The position numbers were made by a program, and so were the translations under genes. A stretch of DNA of 64,000 nt, from the IMG/VR virus record IMGVR_UViG_3300028591_000105. The stretch is one strand, 5' to 3'. The notes beneath the pieces are model-generated. The model saw only the letters and a list, made by a program, of their open reading frames with translations, searched no databases and had not been told where the DNA came from. This document shows, piece after piece, positions 41,539 to 53,461 of the stretch. Numbering within the stretch: position 1 is the stretch's first letter; the number at the start of each line of letters is the position of its first letter. Source of the stretch: an uncultured virus (IMG/VR IMGVR_UViG_3300028591_000105). Taxonomy: Duplodnaviria; Heunggongvirae; Uroviricota; Caudoviricetes.

Positions 41539-42198
41539 TTAAGCCACAGGCTTACGAATAAATTGAATTTTGAATGAGAGAGTTGTGTCGGCATTTGTAT
41601 AAGCCTGAACAACCTGAGCATATACATCTCCGAGAGCATCCTCAGGATTTGCTCCAATAACGAGCTTACCGTCAGAACCCTCAAGAACACATGCGTATAT
41701 AGGAGTAGTAGGGTCAGTAGCAAGTGCCTGCTTTACCTACTGATACATCTGTACAGAAGGTGATACAGGAGAAGTCTCAGTTACAGTATATACAGTATCA
41801 TCCCACATTACAGTATTAGTACAAATTCTCATACCTGGCTCGGTATAACCAATTCTAGGTAGATATTCACCTGCAATCATGCAGAAGTTTCTACGACCAG
41901 GAGTGAACTAATTATAAATCTTTTCAGTAGAATAGTTAATTCCCATAGGATAACCAATATCAGACATATCCTTATTAGGAACAGTAGCAATCTTATTTTG
42001 CTTATCTACCATTAAGAAAGCACCAACTTCGGCATAAATCTTACCCTATGCAGCTTCTGCTGCAGTCATAGGGAAACTAGAAGCAAACTTCTCAGGGTCA
42101 AGATGACATTGAGCTTCTACCATACCTGCTCTATTAAACCAAGTCTGAGAAGGCTCGAGCTGGCCAAATCCTTTACAATCAAATGCTTGAAGTGCCAT
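41539..42198 (-). CDS. putative capsid decoration / auxiliary protein, TAG=Gln
   Basis: MALQAFDCKGFGQLEPSQTWF...; three TAGs; ends TAA TAG TAA; between scaffold and capsid. Confidence 0.7.
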
Positions 42199-43805
42199 TA
42201 TTTATTACCTCCTTTTTTGTATTTTTCCAAAAGTCTCTCTGCTCCACTTAAAGCCTTACCTTCATCGCCTACATTTTTGAAAATATAAGTAGGTTCTTCG
42301 GTCTTACTAAAAATAGATGGAGAGTTTTTAACAGCAGCAACACAAACTTCTTTTTCAAAGTCGCTTACACTGTAATTATCAATTGAATTTTTAAAGTTTT
42401 CAACTGCTTCATCAGTTAAATGCTCACCATATTTAGCAAGAATTTCTTCCTTTTGAGCAGTTTCAATATTCTTCTTAAATTCAAGTAAAGAATCTCTTTC
42501 AGATTCTAAGTCGGCTTTTTCACTTTCTACTCTAATTTTTTCAGATTCTAAAGTAGCATAGTTAGTTGCCGCTGTAGCAAGAGCTTCATCCTTTTCAGCA
42601 ATAGTTCCTTCAAGTTCAGAAACTCTAGCGGTAAAATCGACACTAGCATCTTTTGCCGCGCCATCGTCTTCATTAAAAGAATCTTCTGGAGTTTGAGTAG
42701 CTTCAAACTTTGCAGTCATTTCTGCTAAAGAATTTTCTAATGTAGCAATCTTTTCAGTAGCGGCAGTATAATCAGCATTTGCTGTTTCAAAACTACCACT
42801 TACAGATTTCATAGCTTCAAGGGCGGCACTTTCTGTAGCAGTTACATCTACAATATAAACATCTACAATATCTCCCATTGTGATATTATCGCCATCCTTG
42901 GTATAATAAGCACGCTTATATCCACCAGTTTGTACATCAGCAACGAGAGCATAGTCATCGTAAACATCAAGTACAATAGCAGACATTTCCCAATTTCCTT
43001 CTTCATTGAAATTAGGATTGAGTGCTTTAGCAATGAACTCCGCTTTTGCATTATCAGAAAGTCTGAATAAAGTTTTCTAATCCATATCTGCACTTTCCTC
43101 CTTTTTACTAAGCGTTTTTGTATATTTTATTAATTCTTCTAGGTCACTTTGTAAACTATAAAATGCCGCCCCTTCAAAACAAGGTTCAACTAAAGTTCCA
43201 AGTGCCTAAAGTCCTAATAAACAACCTTTATAAAAATGATAATATGGTTCACCATCTTCCCATATTTTCCATTCGCCCTCTAGATTATTTCTCCAAATTT
43301 CCATGGACTAGCTACTTCCTGGGATAAGTTTTGCTTCTGGATAGAGAGCGGTAAAATAAACAACATCTGCACATGCATATGTTCTTACTACTCCATCACT
43401 ATCAATATGGTCTTCCCAAGCAAAGTTAGGCTCTGCAGAAACAATTCCATAAATTCTACCATCGGTATTATCTTCACCGTGGTCTTCAAAGTCCATTTCC
43501 TCTTTGTTAAAAATACCTTTAACAGGACAATAAGGCAAGGATTCAATTAACTAATTTGCAAAATCCTCTGATATAAAAGTGCGATTTCTATTAAGACCCT
43601 TATAAAAAATTCGTACTCTTCCTGTAGATAAGGTCTCGCTTAAAGGCTTTAAATCAGTATAAAGAGTAACTTCTAACTTTACATCAGGTTCTTTATCCTG
43701 CGCCGGCGCAGAGTAATTCACTTTAAAATCAGAGCATGCTTTAGAGAAACGATTCCATGCCTCATTGAATTGTTTTAAACTAATTTCAAATTCCTCTAAA
43801 GTCAC
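42198..43805 (-). CDS. prohead protease / scaffold fusion, TAG=Gln
   Basis: RVRIFYKGLNRNRTFI, S*SMEI, VEPCFEGA then long acidic coiled coil; fragments in one frame. Confidence 0.8.
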
Positions 43806-45352
43806 TTATCGCTCCCTCCCTTCTCTTCCGATTTATCTTCTGTTTCTTCTTTTTCTTTATTATTTTCCTCTTCTTGGTTATTATTATTTTGTCTGTCCTA
43901 ACCATCAGAACTCTGTCCTTTTGTCTGTCCCATTGCTTCACCGGCAGCTTTACCAGACTAAGTATATGCAGACTGCAGAGGCTTAAGTATTTCATCAAGT
44001 TCTAATAAATCATTTTCTAACATTTTTAGATTAGCTAAATTAGTCTAATCTAATCCAGTAGATGTAATAGGTGTTAAGAAACTATAACCAAAAGCGGCAA
44101 GCTCCTTTGCCCTTGAGGTATAATCAGCCGAATTATAATAACTTAATGGTAAAATAATTAGTTTAAAAGAAACTCTATTATCTTCATATTTATAATTTAA
44201 TAATTCAGTAAAGAAGTGAGCAAATCTTTGTCCTAAAATCATTACCATTGCAATATCATTATTAACTGAATAAGCCAAGCCAGCTTCTGTGGTAGCAAAG
44301 AAAAACTCTTTTGATAGACCGGCAGATTCGTAAATTAAATTTTGCACAGAAGCAACTTCTGTTTTTTCATCATCAGAACTACTTAAATCAAGTAATTGAA
44401 CCTTATTATAGGTAGTAAGAACGTCAATATCAGGATTACTTGCCAACATTTCTAAGGCTCCTTCGTGCATTCTCTCTGCTTCTTCTGGCTCAAAAACTAA
44501 ATTCATTCCGTCAACTCCGACCTATTGAACTAATATACGTTTTAAAGCCTAGAGATTTCGTTCTTTATCAATTTCTTTGTAATCATCTAAATCATCCAAT
44601 AATGGAATTAAATCTAAAAAGAAAGGTCTTTCTTCAAAGAAAGAGAAATAAATTCCTATCTCGGCCGGCAGAAAAATCCATTTTGGTCCGTTGCGGAATT
44701 TATACTAATTATAACCTTTCTATATAAATTTAGGATAAGATTTAAGGATTTCTTTCCTTAATGCTTCATCTCGAATGTCATCAAAAAATTTTACACAAAA
44801 TTCTACTATATCAATATCCTAACTATTTTTAAATCGACTTCTACAATATTCAAAAGGTAAATCTTGTATAACAACATTATCTCCTTCTTCATGAATTAAT
44901 CCATAATATGCCCCTCTTACTAATACATCTTTAGCAAATAAGGCGCACTTACGTTCAATCTAAAAGTTAGTACAAAAATCAGCAGCTTCGTAATATTTAT
45001 TAGCAATTTTTTTATCACTAATTTTTAATTTACGATTCTTTAAATAAGGTACTAAAATCCAGGAATATGTCAAAAAAGTTGCATAATGAATAATAATTCT
45101 CTTATATAACCCATTAGTCATAAAGAAAAATTCAGATAATTCTGCTCGTTCAATTGCATCTCCTTGTGACACAATTCTATTTATCTCGTCTTTAGTGTAT
45201 ATCTTCTACTTCTATCTTCCTTGTTTATGGTCTGTTTTTTCATATGCAGATTTTGAAGTAGCAATCATACCATTAATCGCAGACTTAAATTTGGTTAATC
45301 TATCTGTTTTATATGATTCTGCTTGATTAATAATGCGCTCTTCATCAGCCAT
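43802..45352 (-). CDS. portal protein, TAG=Gln
   Basis: ~516 aa directly after terminase; fragments 44960 and 44045 in one frame; acidic low-complexity C-terminus. Confidence 0.8.
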
Positions 45353-47154
45353 CAGCGTCCACCTCCTGCTCTAAAGAACGTTAATTGTCTAGGAGCTAAT
45401 CCTCTATTACGACGCCTTGCAGTGGTAGCTTGTTCAAGCTAACTAACTCGATAAACTCCCATTTCTAATGCAGAAAATTTATCTTTTGTCATACGCTTAT
45501 TAATTGGTTCTACAGCAATCATATTGTTAGCACCAGCAGGCTTAGTTTTTAGATTCATAATCTCATCTATTAAGTGAGAAGTTAATTCATGAGGTATAAG
45601 TCTTTCATTTCGTTTTTCTGGTGTCATGCGTTGCCCAACTTTAGTTCCCATAATTTTACTACGTGCTTCTTTTTCTGTAATAAGAAAATTCAATTGTCCA
45701 GTATCTATTTTTGCATATAAAGTTGAATGCATATCTGAATTAATCTATGGAGTAGCTTTAATTCCATAAAGAATTTTTTGTGCATCTCGAGGCTATAAAG
45801 GTAAATATTCATCTCTATTAGAAAAACCATAAGCAGGAAATGTTTCTCCAGTTGCATAGTCATAAGTTGGTTGTATCATAGCATCAGCAAAGAATACACC
45901 AAGACCATTAATATCTATAACTACTTCTTGTGGCGAATAGAGTTTAATTAATCGTTTTAAAGCAATAACCTATTTATCAAGAACCTTTTCATCTTCAGTC
46001 TTGCCTAAAACAAAAAGGTTTACTAAATTAATTCTGTATCCAGAATTAGGAAAAACTTTTAAAACGGTTGCTACAGTTTGACAACCACGCCTTGCAACGT
46101 CAACTGAAATTACATAAAAGCATTCTATTCCTTCTTTAAAAATTGCTCGTACTTCGGGATTTATTAATTTACGATGGGTCATTATACGTTCATAATTAAA
46201 CCATGAGTCACTACTTGTTCCTACAAAACGGCTCATATACTCTTTTGCAAAAGAAGATTCACTAAATGTAGAAGACTATTTTATTTCATTTAAAAAGTCT
46301 TTTGGTAAAAGACCGCATTTAACTGGTACGCGGTAATCGCAACCCATGATCCAGGCTTTAGATGGATTAATTATTGCTAACTCCATAAGTTCTATAGTCT
46401 TATCATAACAATAAGTATTTTTCTCAGAAGCAGAAGAAATCCATATTTGAACCTGATGAGGCTCATTAGGATTAAGTAACCCATTTGACATAGGACGAGA
46501 TACGTTTAATAAAGGAAGCACTACCTCATTGAGGTCCTCGGGCGTGTGATCGCGATATTCATCTAGGATACCCGCATGACGACGTCCACCACGTTGTGAA
46601 TTAAGTGCAGATACTACATCAAATACCGAGCCATTCCGATAACTCAATCTAACGTAATCTACTCCGTAGTTACCATCGCCAACGAGCTCTTGTTTTAGTA
46701 GTGGGAATAGCTCGTATATTTCAAACAATTTCTCACGTGCTATCTTGGCACTCTAGGCCTTTCCAGGAGCACAGATAAATAATTTTATACCAGGTCTAAG
46801 CACGCACATAATATAAAGGGAGAGTATGGAGATGAAGCTTTTACTAAATGCGCGGGGAGCTATCGTGCAGATGCGAGCATGGCGCATTATTGCACGCATA
46901 AAAATACGCTAATAAAAATAGAGCTTAAAGTGAGAGGTAGATGGTGTAATTAAATCTATGAATAAATCAGGGTAACACATCCAATGATTATACAGCAACT
47001 CATATAATGCCCTATGATTTTCAATTCGCTTTGCTGTAATAATTGCTCCTTTTTCTAATTCAACTCCATTTTTATAGAATTTTTTAGCAACATTTTTCAT
47101 AACTGCTCCGGCGGCACTGAGTATCATATTGGGTTCTCGAATAATATTCTCCAC
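45352..47154 (-). CDS. terL: terminase large subunit, TAG=Gln
   Basis: LYFY*R (Q motif), APRAFSKS Walker A, GILDE Walker B, ISSAS, VISVDVAR nuclease, KDKFSA. Confidence 0.92.
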
Positions 47155-47155
47155 A

Positions 47156-48103
47156 TTAACTCAGCTCCAGTTTAAACTCTTCTTCTTCATCGTCTTCTTC
47201 TACTGCTTTCTAGAATCTCCTGAAGTCCATTTCATCAAAATCTTCGCCCTCTAATTCTGCCGCAACTTTTAAGTTCTAAATTCTTTGTTCTATTTCTTCT
47301 GCTACTCCAGTTTCATTAGTATACAAATATCTTAACCAATTCTTCATATTTTTCATCGTATAGTCTACTTCATCTCTTACTGCACCATCATAATACTCCA
47401 ATTCAGTACCAGTCTTTTCTAAATAAGCAAAAACCTCGCCAAAACTATCAAATTCATTTGCTTCTTTTACATTCTTAGGAGTAAGATTTGATAATTTTGC
47501 GAGTTCGTCATATGCCTTTAAATCCTTAGAGAAGTCAATTCCTTCTCTCATTTTATCTTCAATTATTAATGAAATCTTACACATTTTTAGTGCCTAGTCT
47601 TCATTAAGAGCGCCAACAACATTCTATGAAGTTAAAATGCCCTAGTGTAAATTTTCTAGATACTCTAACTCCTATTCGTCATAAGTATCTCCCCATTTTC
47701 TTCTTAGCTCTTCATTTTTCTTTTCTCTCAATTCAGGAATTGCATCTTCTACACGTCCTTCTTCTAATAACTACAAATATACTCTGTTATATTCTTCCCA
47801 ATTTAAATGTTTATATTCTTGTGCTCTAAAAATTGAACAGTAAGGTCCAAAACCATCAGCACCATAGCCCTAATAGCATTTTTCCCACTAGTCTGGAATA
47901 AAAGGGACATTAGCCCATTGACATATCTAATCTACAGTATTCCAAACTTTTGCTTTATTATCTTTCGCCGCGTCAGCAATAATCTTTTTAATACATTCGC
48001 GACATATTGGTAACTATTTATCATGTAGTAAAGAATTTTCTATTGCAATAAAATGAGCAATAGATTTTGATTCTCCACACTTCTAACAAATACGCTAAGC
48101 CAT
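47156..48103 (-). CDS. Zn-finger protein upstream of TerL (putative terminase small subunit), TAG=Gln
   Basis: RIC*KCGE...PICRECIK N-terminus; one frame to TAA 47156. Confidence 0.65.
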
Positions 48104-48170
48104 TTATTTCACCTCTTTAATTTATTACTCCGCCATTAAAGGCCGGCGTAACGTAAAGTGAATAGCAAGA

Positions 48171-48446
48171 TTAATTGTCTAATTTTTGAATATCAGTTTT
48201 ATTTTGGGACTCCAATCCCTTTTTTATATCCTAGTTAGCCTCCGCTACATCTTTAGCTAATTTTAATAGCTAACGACGCCGAGTTCTTGGCAACTTATCA
48301 AAATCAACTATTAAATTAGTTATAAAATCTTCAAAAGGTTCATCTTGTTTTATTTCAGTTCCTACAATTGCCGCCAAGCCTAGAATATCAGTAAATTCCA
48401 TCTGACCCATATAATTAAGGAGTTCCTTTTCTTTTTTTAAATTCAT
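48171..48446 (-). CDS. small hypothetical protein, TAG=Gln
   Basis: AGGGGG RBS, ATG 48446, two TAGs, TAA. Confidence 0.6.
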
Positions 48447-48567
48447 TTTATCCCCCTGTCTATATAATTACACTTCACGCCGCCATAGCTGTCTCTGGCT
48501 GCCAACTATCTAACCTATAACTTCCACTAACAAGGGTCGCGGCGAAGAAGTGTAATTGTACTTAGTA

Positions 48568-49758
48568 TCATAGTAAGCCCTTACGCTTTTTTGCATCACA
48601 AACTTTACATCTATTCGTAAAACCATCAGTAGATTTTGTTTTCCTAACAAAATTTCTTGAATCCTTTAACTTCATCTCTCCACAAGTCCTACATTTCTTC
48701 CAAGCCTTCTTATAATCCTTACACAAATATTCATCATAATTAAGTTCTACAGCTTCTACAATTAGTCCTACTGCTTTTTTCCAAATAGTACTAATATAAT
48801 TAACCTAATGGTCAATTCCCAATTCCTCATTAAGCCTAATTCTAATATCTTTATTACTAAGTCCTGCTTTTTTACCTTCTACAATAAGTCTCTACTACTC
48901 ACTTAATTTAGCTTTCTCAATATAAAAATCTAAAGTCCATAATAGCTCCCAAAGCGGCGCTTCAGGATAGTCCTCAATCCAACTACTCAAATCCTAATAA
49001 TGCAAAATCAAATAATACAAATGATTTTCATCTCTAAAATCAAAATATGGCTTTCCTTCTTTCTTTAGCTTTTCAATCTATTCTTCATCCGCAGCTCGCG
49101 CCGGCGCAGTGTCATCATAATAAGGCTACTAAAAAGTCAAATCATTTTCCGATTTACAAGTACCTCTAGGAAAGATAGGATAACTCATCTAAAACCTAAA
49201 CTAATCTTCATGATACTCACCCTTATTCTTTTTAGCCATAATAGTAGGATAATAACTATCCATTAAGTAGTACTACTAAGTTCTCAACTAAATCAAATGA
49301 TGCTTCAAATAGTACTATTCTCTAGTGCTTAGTTTAGGAGTTCCTTCTACCCATTCTTCTTTTCCGCTATTCCTATCTAGTACATGCTACATCTTCTCAA
49401 TTTCTTCCCAAAGTAGCTTCATACCAGGAATAGTTGCTGCTTTCTCTTTATCAATAGTTGGCTTAACTTTCTTATACTTAGTATTATCCTTCTACAAAAT
49501 ATTCTCGTCAAAAGTAGGGCTTTCCATCATTTCATCAAGTGAAACAAATTTCTATTTATTATACGAATTAAATTTAGTTTTAATTTGAATTTCTTTACGA
49601 TCTACTGCCGAAGTTCCATCAGCATCTTTTCCATATAATACATAATTAGATACTGTTTCTAATTCTGTAGGAGTTAATGTATCGAGTGGAATTTTACGAA
49701 TTGCCTCCATACGGTCTTCGATGGAGTAAATGTTAAAGTCAAGTTTGAATTTTTGCAC
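48568..49758 (-). CDS. putative transcription regulator (sigma region-4-like HTH plus C-terminal CxxC..CxxC), 16 TAG codons
   Basis: GGAGGTG RBS and GTG; translated by hand, open to TGA 48568; LSE**RLIVEGKKAGLSNKDIRIRLNEELG; CRTC...CKVC. Confidence 0.75.
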
Positions 49759-49781
49759 GAGGCTCACCTCCATTATAATTA

Positions 49782-49810
49782 GTATAACACAATTAATTAG
49801 AGAAGTCAAA
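49782..49810 (-). promoter_or_regulatory. sigmaA-type promoter of the TAG-rich regulator
   Basis: minus strand TTGACT-17 bp-TATACT with TG extension. Confidence 0.7.
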
Positions 49811-49908
49811 TAGTTGATTAGGGTGCAGATGCAGGTGAAAAAATTGGTTCGTGAAAATTTGTTGGCAGCCACTTTAGTATGCTAAAGTGTAAAAGTTTTT
49901 TCAAAAAA

Positions 49909-49974
49909 AGCTACCCCCCATACGTCAAAGCTAGAGCTAGAGCTAGATGGGTCCTACAGGTACTTGAAAGCTAC
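49909..49974 (+). repeat. AGCTAG microrepeat cluster 1
   Basis: AGCTAG at 49929, 49935, 49941 flanked by AAGCTAC. Confidence 0.7.
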
Positions 49975-50201
49975 GCGCGGGAGTTTTAACCAATCCTCGG
50001 GAAATACTTTAGCGATTTAAAGTGCTAAAGTTAGTAGTTGCAAACCACTTTAGCGATTTAAAGTGCTAAATAGTTAAATCTTTTAATCAAATAGTTGACA
50101 AATAATTATAGATATAAGTTTCACTCTATCTTGGGGCAAATATTTAGTTAAAATTTTTAACTAAGATAAAAGAAAAGGTAGACTTTTGTCTACCTTTGAT
50201 T

Positions 50202-50414
50202 TTAGTAAACCATATCAAGAAACCACATTTCAGTATACTTGAAATCTATGTTGTATTGCTTGCACAGTGCTTTCATGTCAGCAATTGCGGATTCGGTTCT
50301 ATCGTTATAGACTTTATCCCAAAGAGCAAGCAGTTTTGCATACTTCGTTCCAGTCATTGCATTGAGAATTGCAACAGTCTTTTTCATATCAGTGATGTTA
50401 TAGTTTTTTGTCAT
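50202..50414 (-). CDS. early hypothetical protein
   Basis: AAGGA RBS, TAA stop, terminator at 50171-50197. Confidence 0.75.
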   Translation of the reverse strand: MTKNYNITDMKKTVAILNAMTGTKYAKLLALWDKVYNDRTESAIADMKALCKQYNIDFKYTEMWFLDMVY

Positions 50415-50526
50415 AGTAATCATTTCCTTTCATAGTCGATTATTGATAGTTATTGATAGAAGTTAGATTTTAAATTTTTGGTTCTGTTCTGCTCTTGATG
50501 TTGAGCAGAACAGAACAAGTGTTTTA

Positions 50527-50700
50527 TTAGGCGTTGTCGTCTGCGGAGATGTTCTGTGCCATCATCTTGTTGTAAGTGGCGTGAATTAACTTCTTAGCGT
50601 ACTTGTACTCGGTGATACGGAAGAACTTAATAGTGTTCTTGTGCTCAAAGCCGAACTTGTTGATGATGTCATTCTGCATTGCGGTAATAGTCTTAGTCAT
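50527..50700 (-). CDS. early hypothetical protein
   Basis: own TTGACA/TATAAT promoter (50750-50778), RBS, terminator. Confidence 0.75.
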   Translation of the reverse strand: MTKTITAMQNDIINKFGFEHKNTIKFFRITEYKYAKKLIHATYNKMMAQNISADDNA

Positions 50701-50859
50701 AGTAACACAACCTTTCAAGTTTTGGGGGTTTTCCCTTTTCTCTAATACTATTATAGCATATGATAGTTAGTTTGTCAATAGGTTTTTGCAAAGTTTTTTA
50801 TTTTCTATGTTTTGCACAAAAGGATCGATTGTTGTTTGTGTAGTTTGCACAAATGAGAA

Positions 50860-51300
50860 GATTAGTAAGGAATAGAATAAGAATAGAAAATATTAGAAGT
50901 AAGAATAGTTGAAGATAATAGTGTTATATTAATAAAGTATGACAGAATATGGCTAAAGTGTGAACGTCGCTCCGGCGCAGGGCGACGCTTTAGCGAGTTA
51001 AAGTAATGAAGTAGAGTAAGTAGTAATATAAAGATTATTAGTGAAAATAGTTATATGTAACAGTGTTATAATGTTAGAAGTAGTATTATATAACAGTGTT
51101 ATGTTGATGTTGAAGTAGTTATATATAACAGTGTTATATTTAAGTTATAGTAATATGAATATTAGTATGTATTAGATAGATTGAATATAATAGTAGTAAT
51201 ATATAATAGTGTTATATAATGTTAGATAAAAGTAGGAATAAAATATAGATAAAAATGATAAAATAATAGCAAATAAATAGGGCTTGATATAAGGAGTATT
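50860..51300 (+). repeat. C-depleted AT-rich non-coding tract with iteron-like repeats
   Basis: about five copies of (TAG)TTATATATAACAGTGTTAT-like unit (near 50915, 51048, 51081, 51116, 51194). Confidence 0.65.
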
Positions 51301-51410
51301 TGGGGCGGCACTTTAGTGCTTTAAAGTGCTAAAGTATTATCAATACAAATTAGTTAAATTTTTTAACTAATAGGAAAAATAAAAAGGTTGAGTTTCCTCA
51401 ACCTTTGATT

Positions 51411-51650
51411 TTACACCATCTCTTCCTGCTCATCTACAAAAAAGTAGTCTATCTTATTCCAATCAACTTTCCCATAAGGCATTACAACGTCAGGCTTTTC
51501 ATTGTTGATTTTTGTCACATATTCAGTGAGTTCCTCTTTGGTTCTGCCATAGCAATAGAAAGCAAGGTAGGTATCATTAGAAGTCTCCCGAGGAGTACCT
51601 GCATTATAAACGGTCGGAACTTTAGTCTTGTAGCAAATAGTGTTTGTCAT
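51411..51650 (-). CDS. early hypothetical protein
   Basis: promoter -35 at 51707, AAGGAG RBS, terminator 51381-51406. Confidence 0.8.
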   Translation of the reverse strand: MTNTICYKTKVPTVYNAGTPRETSNDTYLAFYCYGRTKEELTEYVTKINNEKPDVVMPYGKVDWNKIDYFFVDEQEEMV

Positions 51651-51909
51651 ATTGAACAACTCCTTTTCTTATTTTCTATATTAATTATAGCATACTTTTT
51701 TCTATTTGTCAATAGGTTTTTGCAATTTTTTTTACTTTCTACCTTTTGCACAAAAATCGATCAGTTATTTGTGCAGTTGGCATATGCTAACCAAATGTTA
51801 CCAAAGTGTGAACTCTGTGCCAGCGCTAAGTAGCGGATTAGTTAAAATTTTTAACTAATTTAAAAAGAAAAGAAAGACTGGAATCTTTTTCCAGTCTCTT
51901 TTTTTTTAG

Positions 51910-52137
51910 TTAAATCTTTAAACCAAACTTGTGTATAGTCATATCAATGGCGTCAAGTATATCAGCCATTTCAGAATTTGTGACTCTTACAGAAATATCA
52001 GAGAGTCCGCCATTCTCGCACTGCTTGCAAAGTCTTACACCACCATAGGCATATTCAAGGGTGAGATTCAAACCATGTACAGTATTGATATTGTCTACCT
52101 TAGTTCTGAGGATTTCCTTTGTGATTCTCTTTGTCAT
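51910..52137 (-). CDS. early hypothetical protein (LEYAYGGVRL)
   Basis: promoter -35 at 52207, RBS, terminator. Confidence 0.8.
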   Translation of the reverse strand: MTKRITKEILRTKVDNINTVHGLNLTLEYAYGGVRLCKQCENGGLSDISVRVTNSEMADILDAIDMTIHKFGLKI

Positions 52138-52475
52138 ATAAATCAATTCCTTTCTTTAGGACTTCCTGTCCTTTACTATATATATTATAACATACTCTTA
52201 TTTATTTGTCAATAGATTTTTTTAATTTCTACCTTTTGCACAAAAATGCTATTCCATTTTATGCAGTTGGCATATATTAACTGAATATTGCCAAAGTGTG
52301 AACACTGCGCCGGCGCAGGGCAGCGCTTTAGTGCTTTAAAGCGCAAAACTATTTTAGTTTTACAAAATGTTAATAATTGTTCACAAAATATTAATTGCAA
52401 TTGATTCAATTTCATGTTATAATAATATCAGAAACAAGGGAAAGACTCTTGAGGATACCGAAAGGATTTGATACT

Positions 52476-52676
52476 ATGATGAACACTATTGCAAGAGAAG
52501 ATCTTATAACCCGCGCAGATTTCTATGAGAATGCTGCTATGAATCTGAGTCGCGGCGAGTTCGTCCGTTTCTTCGGTTGCGAGCCGCATGACCCGCTTAC
52601 TTTCGACTATTCCTTCGATAATGTAGAATGGAATCAGTCACTTGAATTTGCATATCAGGCATATCTTGAAAGTTGA
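52476..52676 (+). CDS. early acidic protein, paralogue of 53462
   Basis: TTGCAA-17-TATAAT promoter at 52395; GCEP.D...F.Y.FD....WN..LE.AY.AY shared. Confidence 0.8.
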   Translation: MMNTIAREDLITRADFYENAAMNLSRGEFVRFFGCEPHDPLTFDYSFDNVEWNQSLEFAYQAYLES

Positions 52677-52932
52677 TAAAAGTCAAGGTTGAGGAAACTC
52701 AACCTTTCACTTTTTACAAGTGTTTCACACTTTAAAGCGCTAAAATGCACCACAAGCAGTATGGCGTTCATATTTTTGTTATATATGTCTAAAACATGAA
52801 CCTCACGCCGGCGCCCGGCGTGGATAGAAAATGAATGGAATGTTGCTAATGTGTGAACGGCGGCGGCGCGAGTTAGTTAAAAGATTTAATTAAATAGCAA
52901 AAGAAAAGGTTGAGAAAACTCAACCTTTGACT

Positions 52933-53121
52933 TTATACTGGACAATAACTAAATTCAAGGTTATCAATTACATCGTCAAGTTCCTCACCAATTTCTAACA
53001 AAAAATCAGTTAAAGCGTTATCCATTGCTTCCGTAAAACTTGGTGCAGTAATCCTATATGATCTTTCAATATATCCATCTCCGTATCCCTCTATATAGCA
53101 TATACTGATTGAATAAGTCAT
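52933..53121 (-). CDS. early acidic protein, paralogue of 62060
   Basis: YIEGYGDGY.ER.YRI...GEELDDVID shared. Confidence 0.8.
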   Translation of the reverse strand: MTYSISICYIEGYGDGYIERSYRITAPSFTEAMDNALTDFLLEIGEELDDVIDNLEFSYCPV

Positions 53122-53134
53122 TTTTATCAACTCC

Positions 53135-53281
53135 TTATATTCTAACTATTTCATAGCTCTTTGCGCCGTAAATTTTAAGATGGGTTTCTGCAAAAAGTTT
53201 CAAATCTACATCTGAATCCGCCTTGAACTGTCTTTTATAGCAGATATTACCTTTTCCGTTGTAGAATAAGATTTTATTCAT
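53135..53281 (-). CDS. early small protein (48 aa)
   Basis: promoter -35 at 53332, AAGGAG RBS, TAA. Confidence 0.7.
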   Translation of the reverse strand: MNKILFYNGKGNICYKRQFKADSDVDLKLFAETHLKIYGAKSYEIVRI

Positions 53282-53461
53282 TTTTATCAACTCCTTTATT
53301 GTACTTATATTATACCATATTCAAAGTAAAATGTCAATCGTCAAAACCACCAAATATTTTCTAAAACTTTGTGCAATTTACCAATTGAAAACTTGTCTGA
53401 TTTGTGCTATAATATATATAGTAAAACAAACAACGACCCTGAACCTAAGGAGATGTTTACT

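Noticed and set aside
15471..49588. Plus-strand track ORFs within the virion operon (e.g. 18086, 31605, 34913, 40522, 44440, 49325)
   Set aside because: Antisense shadows of long recoded minus-strand genes, without RBS or recognisable motifs
1..49758. Mass pseudogenisation or sequencing errors explaining fragmented ORFs
   Set aside because: Breaks examined are all TAG in an unchanged frame, with no frameshifts or internal TAA/TGA; recoding is far more parsimonious
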